Shown here piece by piece: positions 27,450 through 39,690 of a stretch of DNA of 64,000 nucleotides (the first letter of the stretch is position 1; each line of letters begins with the position of its first letter). The position numbers and the translations under genes were made by a program. The notes under the pieces were generated by a model. It was not told where the DNA came from and ran no database searches. It saw only the letters and a list, made by a program, of their open reading frames with translations. The stretch comes from Octopus vulgaris (taxonomy: Eukaryota): positions 60,388,001-60,452,000 of the forward strand of contig OX597818.1 in the NCBI GenBank assembly GCA_951406725.2, in the 5' to 3' direction.

Positions 27450-28351
27450 GAATAGGGGAGTGATATACTAGATGTTAAAGTAGCAAGAAAAGTCTGAGTA
27501 GAAATCTGGAGCAAAAAAGTACAACATAGTATAAAGCAGGCTGGTTGTGGGAATTTAAAAAACGAAATGGAAGATGGAGTGTAATTTTTAAAAAAATATA
27601 AATTGTATGGATAAGTTGAAAGCGATTACGAAGAAAATACCAAAATGGAAAACTTTCGGACCTCGTGGTGTTCAGGGATTCTAGCTGAAAATTTCCCAAG
27701 TTTGTACAGCTATATACGCACTTTTCTTGCTGACAGCATAGAAAGTGGAGCGCCAGCATTGATGACAAAAGGAGGGACAGTGTTGATATAAAAGGTCAAA
27801 GAACAGAGCAGTGAATTCAGTAATTATAAACCTGAAACATGCTTACATTAATGTGGAAATTAATGGCCTCATTGCAGATGGAATCTATAATATTTTGGAG
27901 AAGGAGAATTCATTGCCAGAGGAGCAAAAGAATGCAGAGAGAAATCTGGGAGTACTGCTGATCTGCTGTACATTGAGAGTGGGATATTAAATGAGGTACG
28001 AGTAAGAAAGAAGATGGCTCTTGTCTGGGTAGATTACATGAAAGCTTAGGACAATTTCCCACTTGGCTGGCTCTTGGAGTACTAAAAGACACTCGGAGTC
28101 AACGAAAGGTTAAACAGCTGTTCGGAAAAGACAATGAGAGTGTGGGAAGCAGAATTGACGAGCGTAAATGAATCGTTAAGAAACCGTTGAAATACATGGG
28201 GAGATTTTCCAGGGAGATTCGCTTTCTTTACTGCTCTTCGCCATTGTGTTAATCCTTCTGAGAAGCAGGCAAGAAAAAAAATGCAGGTTTGTCTATGAGT
28301 TTACCAAAACCAAAGTGAGACCAAACCACCTACTTTACATGGATGACGTCA

Positions 28352-28392
<41 letters not shown>

Positions 28393-28464
28393 TACATACA
28401 CACATACCTACCTACCTACCTACCTACCTACCTACCTACCTACATACATACATACATACATACA

Positions 28465-28495
<31 letters not shown>

Positions 28496-28513
28496 GTAAG
28501 TATATATATATAT

Positions 28514-28547
<34 letters not shown>

Positions 28548-28773
28548 GTTACTCTTTTACTCATTTACTTGTTTCCGTCATTTCACTGCGGCCATGCTGC
28601 AGCACCGCCTTTAATCGAGCAACTTGACTCCCGGACTTATTTTTTTGTAAGCCCAGTACTTATTCTATCGGTCTCTTTTGCCGAACCGCTAAGTTACGGG
28701 GACATAAACACACCATCATCGGTTGTCAAGCAATGCTAGGTGGGGCAAACACAGACACACAAACACACACACC

Positions 28774-28825
<52 letters not shown>

Positions 28826-28995
28826 TACGACGGGCTTCTTTCAGTTTCCGTCTACCAAATCCACTCACAAGGCTTTGGTTGGCCCGAGGCTATAATAGAA
28901 GACACTTGCCCAAGGTGCCACGCAGTGGGACTGAATCCGGAACCATGTGGTTGGTAAACAAGCTACTAACCACACAGCCACTCCTGCGCCTATTA

Positions 28996-29055
<60 letters not shown>

Positions 29056-29409
29056 AATTTAAAATGAGGGTAAGAAATTAGATATTTAATTAACATCGAT
29101 TTCACACCAGTGGTCTAGCATATAAAAAACTGAAGGTTCAGTAAAATTGCATTATAAATATATTAGAGGGAAACCACTATGTGGACACCCTTATGCTAGA
29201 AATAGATCCGCTATGGTCTTACCACCAAGAAATGTTCTCAAGAAAAACTTAGCAAAACAACCAAAACGTAATCGAGCAAGACAAAAAAGAAAAACAATAA
29301 AAATATGGATTATTCGCATACATGTTACGCTATTAACATATTACTTAGTGGTAAGACCATAGCAGATCTATTTCTAGCATAAGGGTGTCCATATAGTGGT
29401 TACCCTGTA

Positions 29410-29473
<64 letters not shown>

Positions 29474-30400
29474 TAAAGGACCTGGATTCCCTGATCTTAA
29501 CAGTAAGGGTAACCATCAAGGCTATTGATATGCAGTTTGGGGAAAATAAATGCAGAGTGTTAATTATGAAGAGCGGCCGGAAGATAAACTTCCATGGCAT
29601 ACAATTATCACAAGAGAGCCTCATTAGTTCGCTATCGAATAATGAGGGAAGCAAATAGCTAGAATTACAGCAAGACGACAGGAGAAATGAAAGAAAATCT
29701 GCAAAGAGTACAGGAGGAGAATTAAGAAGGTGCTCGAAACGAAATTAAACGGAGAGAATATTATCAAAGACATAAAGAAATAACAAAACGCTGTTCCTTT
29801 TCTAAAATGGACAAAGGTCGAGCGGCAGGACTTGGATAGAAGAATGTGGAAGCTGCTTACAATGCACAGCACTACCATCCTAAAAGTAATGCACACAGTC
29901 TATACCTATCAAGAACAGAAAGATTTCTAAATACATAAGACTCTGTATGTAATAAGACATTGAGGATGAAAAATTCTGCTATGCATAGTGAAAGAATGCT
30001 CTCCGCAGCTAGAGATGAGCAAAAGGTTTCTGGTTACGTGAGGAAGAACAACAAAGGAAGCAAAATAAAAGAAATGGAATTACATGGCCAGTTCAAGCAA
30101 CAATCGGACAATGTTGGGAGATGAAGAACGCTGGCTCTAGCTGACGGATGATAACTTGAAACGGAGCGCTGATTATAGTCGCTTAGGAACAAGCCACTAG
30201 GAGAAAATCTGATAAGTTCGGTCACTCAGCGAATGTAGAATCTGCAGGAGAGGAGACGAAAATATTAATCGTTTTTTTCTAGTGAGTGCAGTACGCTTGC
30301 AGAAAAGAGTATAAGCGCAGATATGAATGTGTAGGTAAAGAATGCGATGGAATGTTATTCGAGTGTGTGATTTCGAAATAACAGGAAAGTGGTTTAAACA
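27450..30400 (+). mobile_element. Decayed R4/Dong-like (RLE-type) LINE RT region, interrupted by a ~1.1 kb insertion nest at ~28355-29468
   Basis: [35 protein letters not shown]. Resumes with KDLDSLI, KKVLETKLNGENIIK, LHGQF and CRICRRGDENIN...ECSTLAEKEYKRR. Many stops and frameshifts. Ends in (TAA)n. Confidence 0.8.
28550..28991 (-). mobile_element. SINE family A
   Basis: Reverse complement match. Confidence 0.9.
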
Positions 30401-30422
30401 TAATAATAATAATAATAATAAC

Positions 30423-30526
<104 letters not shown>

Positions 30527-30527
30527 G

Positions 30528-30751
30528 GTAGTTTTATTTTTATAGCGTGCTTTCACTTCACTACTGAGCACAGCTCTGTGTGCCTTGGGTATGTGCTGTG
30601 ATTTGTTGTGATGCTCTGATGGTTATTGTATGGAAAGTGCTCGGCGTAGGATGTGTGCAGTGCCTAGTAGTGCAATTTTCTGTATGTTATATGTGTTTGT
30701 AAGTCCTGGTGTTTTTGTTATGTATTTGTCTGAATATTTTTTTATCATCCC
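30528..30751 (-). mobile_element. 5'-truncated R4/Dong-like LINE 3' end embedded in (TAA)n
   Basis: Minus strand reads GMIKKYSDKYITKTPGLTNTYNIQKIALLGTAHILRRALSIQ* followed by a ~100 bp 3' UTR. (TTA)n lies on both sides. Confidence 0.8.
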
Positions 30752-30766
30752 TTATTATTATTATTA

Positions 30767-30848
<82 letters not shown>

Positions 30849-31077
30849 CATTACTACTACTAAGGCGGCGATTTGACAGAAACGTTGGCACGCCGGGTGA
30901 AGTACTCAGCGGTATTTCGTCCGTCTTTACGTTCTGTGTTCAAATTCCTCCGCTTTCAACTTTTACTTTTATTCCGAAGGGGGTGGGGTCGATAAAATAA
31001 ATGCCTGTTAACACTGGGGACGATGTTATTGATTTTCCCCTCCTTCAACATTGTTGGCTTTGTGCCAAAACGTGAAA

Positions 31078-31085
31078 CCACCACC

Positions 31086-31149
<64 letters not shown>

Positions 31150-31166
31150 TTACAACAACAACAACA

Positions 31167-31200
<34 letters not shown>

Positions 31201-31201
31201 T

Positions 31202-31272
<71 letters not shown>

Positions 31273-31415
31273 TTACTACTACTACTACTACTACTACTAC
31301 TATTACTACTACTACTACTACTACTACTATTACTACTACTACTACTATTACTACTACTACTACTACTACTACTACTATTACTACTACTACTACTACTATT
31401 ACTACTACTACTACT
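31078..31415. repeat. (CTA)n microsatellite
   Basis: Visible directly. Confidence 0.95.
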
Positions 31416-31849
31416 GCTGCGGCCTTTTCATTATTATAATTTGGTAATAATGTCTTCATTCACCCAACTGTTTCCAAATTGCATTTGTTGGTATCGGATG
31501 ATATTTTTTATGCTCCACAGTTGTAGTTTCTTTCAAATTTCGTTTCTACATTTAACACCGTAAATGAGAGCACCATTAATTATTGACACCTAATTAATTT
31601 CTGATCAGTTTTATATTGTATCAGTCAACCAGCCACCTGTGTTATGGCGAAGCAAAAGAGAACTAATTTAGCATGTGGCTCCCTGGTTATTCACCATAAC
31701 GGGTCCACTCTTCTGGATCAAAACGGGTCCACTCTACCAGGTCACTTAGCTTCTATAAAAAGAAGCAAGATCGCATTGAAATCATACTTTACTGTCTTAT
31801 GAAAGATAAGACTAGGAATGTGGTTTTGTATACGCTCTCTCGTGGTACT

Positions 31850-32222
31850 ACGTCGGTTACGACGACGAGGGTTCCAGTTGATCCGATCAACGGGACAGCC
31901 TGCTCGTGAAATTAACGTGTAAGTGGTTGAACACTCCACAGACACGTGTACCCTTAACGTAGTTCTCAGAGGAGATTCAGCGTGATACAGAGTGTGACAA
32001 GGTTGGCCCTTTGAAATACAGGTACAAGAGAAATGGGAAAAAAGAGTGAGAGAAAGTTGTGGTGAAAGAGTACAGCAGGGTTCGCGACTACCTCTTGCTG
32101 GAGCCTTGTGGAGCTTTAGGTATTTTCGCTCAATAAACACTTACAACGCCCAGTCTGGGAATCGAAACTGCGATCCTACGATCGCAAGTCCGCTGCCCTA
32201 ACCACTGGGCCATTGCGCCTTC
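31850..32222 (-). mobile_element. SINE family B
   Basis: Reverse complement match. Confidence 0.9.
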
Positions 32223-32331
32223 ACATACGCTCTCTAATAACAGACTGGATGGTCACGACTGGTGCGTCTTTGATCGTAGTTGCTGGTAGGTGGTTGAACA
32301 GCAAAAAGAACAGCCTTATAAATAATAAGCA

Positions 32332-32720
32332 TTTTTACTATAGGTACAAGGTGTGGAATTTGAGGGGAGGAGTACAGTCTTTCACATCGACCCCAGTAAA
32401 TGACTGGTACTTAATTTATCGACCCCGGAAGGAGGAAAAGCAAAGTCGACATCAATGGAATTTGAACTCAGAACCTAAAGATACATGAAATACCGCTAAA
32501 CATTTTGCTTGGCGTGCTAACGATTCTGCCAGCGCGCCGCCTTAGCCTTATAAATAATAAGGGTTTCACATTTTGGCACAAGGCCAGCAATTCCAGCGGA
32601 ATGAAGGAGCCGATTATATAGACCCTAGTGTTCAACTGGTCCTTGTTTTACCGACCCCGAAACGCTTTGTACTCCTCGGTGAAATTCGAACTCAGAACGT
32701 TTCTGTCACCTCACCGCCTT
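32332..32720 (-). mobile_element. Two tandem diverged SINE family D copies
   Basis: Match; agccttataaataataag duplicated around the first copy. Confidence 0.8.
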
Positions 32721-32819
32721 TGTTTTGACTATGAATATTAAATATCAAATATTAAATATTAATTTATCGTTCCAGACTCCGCGTATGAATTATGCATTGT
32801 GTGCATAATTATGGCGTGA

Positions 32820-32829
32820 AATCATCATC

Positions 32830-32861
<32 letters not shown>

Positions 32862-32895
32862 CATCGTCGTCGTCGCTGTCGTCGTCGTCGACGTC

Positions 32896-32941
<46 letters not shown>

Positions 32942-32953
32942 TAATAATAATTA

Positions 32954-32986
<33 letters not shown>

Positions 32987-33073
32987 ATTATGATTATTAT
33001 TATTATTATTATTATTATTAATATTATGATTATTATTATTATTATTATGATTATTATTATTATTATTATTATA

Positions 33074-33105
<32 letters not shown>

Positions 33106-33106
33106 G

Positions 33107-33160
<54 letters not shown>

Positions 33161-33166
33161 ATTATG

Positions 33167-33204
<38 letters not shown>

Positions 33205-33274
33205 GATTATTATTATTATTATTATTATTAATATTATGATTATTATTATTATTATTATTATTATTAATATTATG

Positions 33275-33325
<51 letters not shown>

Positions 33326-33329
33326 GTCA

Positions 33330-33400
<71 letters not shown>

Positions 33401-33527
33401 ATTATTATTATTATTATTATTATTATTAGTAGTAGTAGTAGTAGTAATAGTAGTAGTAGTAGTAGCGGCAGTGGTGGTAGTATGTGTGTCTGTATGCATA
33501 TGCGTGTGTGTGTGTGTATGTGTGTGT

Positions 33528-33568
<41 letters not shown>

Positions 33569-33610
33569 TGTGTGTGTGTATGTGTGTGTCTGTATGCATG
33601 TGTGTGTGTA
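32820..33610. repeat. Compound (ATC)(GTC)(TAA)(TTA)(TAG)(TG) microsatellite
   Basis: Visible directly. Confidence 0.95.
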
Positions 33611-33887
33611 TTAAGAGCGACTTTGTAGACACAGCCGGGATCGAATAAAGAATCTTCAGCGTAGGTCTGTCCAATTTCAAATTCACATTTTTTATCTTTT
33701 ACTTCTTTCAGTCATTAGACTGTGGCCATGCTGGGGCACCGCCTTAAAGAATCTTAAATCGAATGTATCGACTCCAGATCTCATTTTTTTCCATTAAGCC
33801 TTACACTGTTTTGCCGAAACTCTAAGTTACAAGGATATAAACACACCAACACTGGTTGTCAACCAGCAGTGGGGGACAAACACAAAC

Positions 33888-33943
<56 letters not shown>

Positions 33944-34149
33944 ACATGTCGTTGCTATTATGCAAAAGTGTCGTAAGTCCAAAACGTTGTGTCTTTTTGT
34001 TTTTTTTCAGAAAACGAAAAAATAGTTTCACCATTCCATAGCAAAACCGTTGTACTACAATTTTTGACAATTTTTGATATCTTGGCATCTGAAGCAGCTG
34101 GAGATATGATAGTTTGACCAAAAGAATCGGCTATAGCAAGCAAAAAAAA

Positions 34150-34191
<42 letters not shown>

Positions 34192-34788
34192 ATACATTAA
34201 ATATTAGGATAAAATCTATGGAAGATTTTATGAAGTAGCCAGCGTGCAAAACGAATTAAGATTAATACAAAGTGTATAATTTATAATTGTTTTCCTTACA
34301 TATAAATTATATTATTATATCAAGGGATATTAGTATAAGTAAAGCCACACGCCGTAAGGGGACTCTAAAGTCAAACTACCTCAACATATATACGCAGGCT
34401 CCGAATTCGAGAATGAACATAGGAGAAATTCGTTTTAAAAAAGTTTAGTCGTATCTCTCTCTCTCACTCTCTCTCTCTCTCTCTCTCTCACACACTCTTT
34501 CTCTCTCTCTATCTATCCATCCTGTCTGTTTTCACTGTGCTGTTTGTGTTACCAATTTTGGCCCTCCGCAAAAACCCAAAATTTATTTAGTTTTCTTTGC
34601 GGGAGCAACTGTTTTATCGAAAGCGTATATTGTTGTTAAATACTCAAAATACGAGACTAGAAAAACAGCCAACAACTGATGAAGGGGCGTTCTTTATGTT
34701 TGTTTACTTTTCCATTTGTGTCTTGTACAGTTCATGTTCCATGTACTCGTGCTTCGTATGTTTTTGTTGTACACGTTTCGTGACGTCC

Positions 34789-34825
<37 letters not shown>

Positions 34826-35482
34826 ACGGACTTCTTTCAGTTTCCATCTACCAAATCTATCCACAAAGCTTTGACCCACCCCCGGATACAGTAGAAGACA
34901 CCTAAACAAAGTATCATGGAGTGGGAATTAATCCGGAACCACGTCGTTTGAAAGCAAGCTCCTTACCACATAGCCATGCATGCGCCCAAGGAAATGTTTT
35001 TTTTTTATGTACACTGTCTTCAAATTAAGAATATAGAAACAATGGAAAGTTGTGTTGTATTACAGTACTTATTTTATAACAAAATCTTAACAATGGGCTT
35101 TCCAGTTCCATCAAATATCCGTTGGTATTTCTAAAGCATTAAATTATATATTTTGTAAAATCCTCGTTTAAAATCGTCAGTGCCACTCGATACCCCTTAC
35201 GGCGAATCGTTTAATAACCACTGTTGCAGACAATTCCTTATTGTTCAGTAGATGTTGGTCGATGTATTTAGACATAATTTGATTTCTGGATATTAATCCG
35301 GTGTAGTTATGTGTAATTCAGTGTAATGTGAGAAAATAATATAAACAAAATTTTAAGATTGTAAATGAATGTAACAAACGATTAATGGATTGTTGTTGGT
35401 TTTGGCTTCAATGTTCAGCCATATTAAATGGAGGAAGTGACAGATAATCTATCAGATAGACAGACAGAGGCAAAAACCAAGC

Positions 35483-36114
<632 letters not shown>

Positions 36115-36461
36115 CGGCACAAAGAAAAGAAATTGAGAAAGAGAAGAGAAATGTGTGGTCGTGGAGGAGGTGTGTGGATATGGGAAGTGATGGATGTAGT
36201 GAGTGAGAGATAATGTATCGTGACTGAATCGTAAAATCAAACAATAAATTAAGAGATTTGTGCATTATTAGACAGAACAAGTGAATCATATCACAGAATA
36301 ATAATGTAAAGTAAATAAACGTATAAAAATAGAATTGGAAGGTTGATTAAGGGCTTAGTTGAGTGCGTTGGAGATGAAAAAAGAAATCTTCTTCAGACGT
36401 ACTGTTTGCTCTTTGCCATCCGTAACTTGGGAAATTGTGAGCTCATAATACTTTCACTGTG

Positions 36462-36800
36462 TGAAGGCGCATGGCTCAGTGGTTAGAGCGTCGAGCTTAC
36501 GACCGTGAGGTTGTGAGCTCGAATCCCGGACCGGGCTGCGTGTTGTGTTCTTGAGCAAGGCACTTTATTTCACGTTGCTCCAGTTCACTCAGCTGTAGAA
36601 ATGAGTTGCGACGTCGCAGGTGCCAAGCTGTATCGGCCCCTTTGTCTTTCCCTTGGATAACACTGGTGGCGGGAGAGGGAAGGCTGGTATGCAAAGGGGC
36701 GACTGCTGGTCTTCCATAAACAACCTCGCCCGGACTTGTGCTTGGGAGGGTAACTTTCTAGGTGCAATCCCATGGTCTGTGTCGTGACCGAAGGGGGTCT
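36462..36800 (+). mobile_element. SINE family C (tRNA head, Deu/Nin-like central block, RTE-like tail)
   Basis: A box TGGCTCAGTGG, B box GAGCTCGAATCCC, central cttgagcaaggcacttt...cactcagctgtagaaatg, tail ccatggtc...tcgtgaccgaaggggg. Confidence 0.75.
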
Positions 36801-36907
36801 CCGATCCGAATACTTTCACTTTACGGAGATACGAGATACAACAGACACTCACTCACCCACTCACTCAGTCACTCAGTCACTCATTCCATCACTCACACAC
36901 ACACACA

Positions 36908-36947
<40 letters not shown>

Positions 36948-38207
36948 CCTTCTCTTTCTATTTCCTTCTCTCGCACTTACATCCATGTGTCTCATCAACT
37001 CATCACTGCGGTTCAATGTGGATTCAAATTCGCAGCGAAATAATTTTTTTCCCCACGATTCACCGATTTATGTCATCTGTGTCCCGCCAAGAAATGTTTC
37101 GTTTTATTTCCACGAGATGTCACTGTTTTCCAATATGGTGCTGGTTGATGTGTCTTTGTAAATATGCGATGTTACGACCAATTGGTAGATCCAACAAAGC
37201 TTTCCCACCACACTCTGCATTATAAATTACTTCCTTCCGACATTACTCCTTTTGCCTGCTTCCTTCCTAGTACCACTTCTTCTTTCTCTCTCTCCGTCCC
37301 TCCTCCTCTCTTTCTCTCACATTCCATTTCTCTTATACTTTCTCTTTCCAGATTGTTCTTGTTTTGTTTTTGCTGTCTTTTTTTTTTTTGAGCCCAAGGA
37401 CCCAAGTTCATCACTCTACCCGGATTCCACCACGTACAAGTTACCGAAATTACAACACTTTAAAAACTACTGGCCATTTACCCTGCAACATACGCATGTT
37501 TTTTGCAGGGTTCAGGATTAGCAGACCTGAGGGGAAGGAACAAATCGATTACATCGACCCATTTACTTGATTGATATTTTTTCTATCAACCCCGGACAGA
37601 TTAAGAAAAAAAGTCGACTTCGGCACAATTTGAACCCGGAACGTAAAGAGGTGGAAAAAAAGCCGATAGTCATTTTTATTCGATGTGTTAACAAATCTGC
37701 CATCTCACCGGCATGGTGCTATTTACTGAAAGTAAATCCCGAACAAGCTGCCCTAAAATCAAAGACATTTCACCCGTAACCACGCAGTCTTATAAAAGCC
37801 AAGAAAGCATTCAGGGAGATATGTCTACTATTTCTAGCAAGTTCAGGTTGAAACACCCGATTTTTTTGGTGTTTTCGTTGTTTATTTTACACCCTCTTTT
37901 TGTTCCCAAACTGTAGCTTGAATTTCTAAAGAATTAAAATACATTTTCTTTAAAATACTCGGTGTTGCTCGATATCCCTTACGGCGCATCAATATATAAC
38001 CAGTGAAGCAAAACTTCCTATATTTTTCAGTTGCTGTTGGTCGATGCGTGAGGCATAATTTGATTTCTGGATATTAACTCTGAACGTTATGTGTAATTCA
38101 CAGCAATGTGAGAAAACTGAATCGCAAAATGATAAGATTGTGAATTAGTGTGACAAACGGTTGATGGCTTGCGGTTGATTTATGATAGAATGCTCAACCA
38201 TATAGAT

Positions 38208-38523
38208 CAGAGGTTCTCAAACTTTTTGGGCCACCGCCCCCCTCATAGCCACATAGTACCCTCAGCGCCCCACCCCTATTTTATGTATAGATAAATATTT
38301 CATATTTTACTAATTAATATATACTGTGAAACATTTGATATTTAATATATGATATAATTTATGTACAATACTATAATAATATAATAAATTCATAACGTCC
38401 CCCAATCCACTGCCTCCTTTATCTCTACTACCCTCTGTCGCATCCTTAGGCACCAGTGCCCAACTGGCTAGTATCAATGCCCCCCCCCCCAGGGGGTGGT
38501 AACGCCCTATTTGAGAACCTATG
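38208..38523. mobile_element. hAT (Charlie-type) MITE
   Basis: TIRs cagaggttctcaaa / tttgagaacctatg. 8-bp TSD atatagat (38200-38207) / atgtagat (38524-38531). Confidence 0.85.
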
Positions 38524-38792
38524 ATGTAGATAGAGGAAGTGATAGACAGATCGATAAACAGACAGACTACCCTTAACATAGCTCTCGGGGAGATTCAGCG
38601 TGACATAGATTGTGACAAGTCTGTCCCTTTGAAATACAATTACTACTCATTTTTACCAGCTGAGTGCCAGCAACGTGAAATACAGTGTCGCCAGGAATTG
38701 AACGCACGACCTTACATTCGTGAGCCGAATGCCCAAACCACTAAGCCACGCGCCTTTACACGCACACACATTTAAGTGGAAAATATACTTCA

Positions 38793-38846
<54 letters not shown>

Positions 38847-39011
38847 TATATTAAATTAGAGATAAAACCACTATTAGGCAAATCAAACAATGAAAAACTT
38901 AAGCCAATACATAAAATTAATTAATTTATATTATTTTAAATATATATCAAAAGTATTAAAAGATAATGAGTAAAACACTACGATCGTTTCATGTAAGATA
39001 AATATCTCAAT

Positions 39012-39080
39012 TACCTGAAGATTGACTGTAACCATAACTCGAATTATTACGAATTGGACAGCCAGGAAACGATCGTGGTG
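39012..39080 (+). ncRNA. Hammerhead motif with extended stem II
   Basis: TAC-CTGAAGA-T-TGACTGT...ACAGCCA-G-GAAA-CGATCG-T(G/A)-GTG; palindromic ACGATCGT stem III. Confidence 0.55.
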
Positions 39081-39311
39081 TTTTACTCATTATCTTTTAT
39101 TAAACTTTTAATACTTTTGATATATATTTAAAATAATATAAATTAATTAATTTTATGTATTGGCTTAAGTTTTTCATTGGTTGATTTGCCTAAAAGTGGT
39201 TTTATCTCTAATTTAAAATAATATAATATTTTACTATAAAATTGGATTCAATCATAAATCTGATTTTTCCCTGTAAGTTTGGATTTATTCCCTAATATTT
39301 TATTATTAATT

Positions 39312-39401
<90 letters not shown>

Positions 39402-39618
39402 GCAAAATGGGATAAGAACGCAAAACATCCGGACAACTAGGTGATACAAAAAGGGATGACAAAATATCCAGATAGACGTTACAAAGAAAACAAGGACGGG
39501 TCATTCGAAGTTTTCTATCTTCAGTCAAGAACCAGATTATCCTCGCAATTTCGGCTGATTATTCTTGAGATTGCTCCAATATATATATATATATATATAT
39601 CATCTTCCGTCTTTCATT

Positions 39619-39690
<72 letters not shown>

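Noticed and set aside
39490-39570. Minus-strand CTGAAGA...CGAA hammerhead candidate
   Set aside because: No GAAA at the right position and no convincing stem I.
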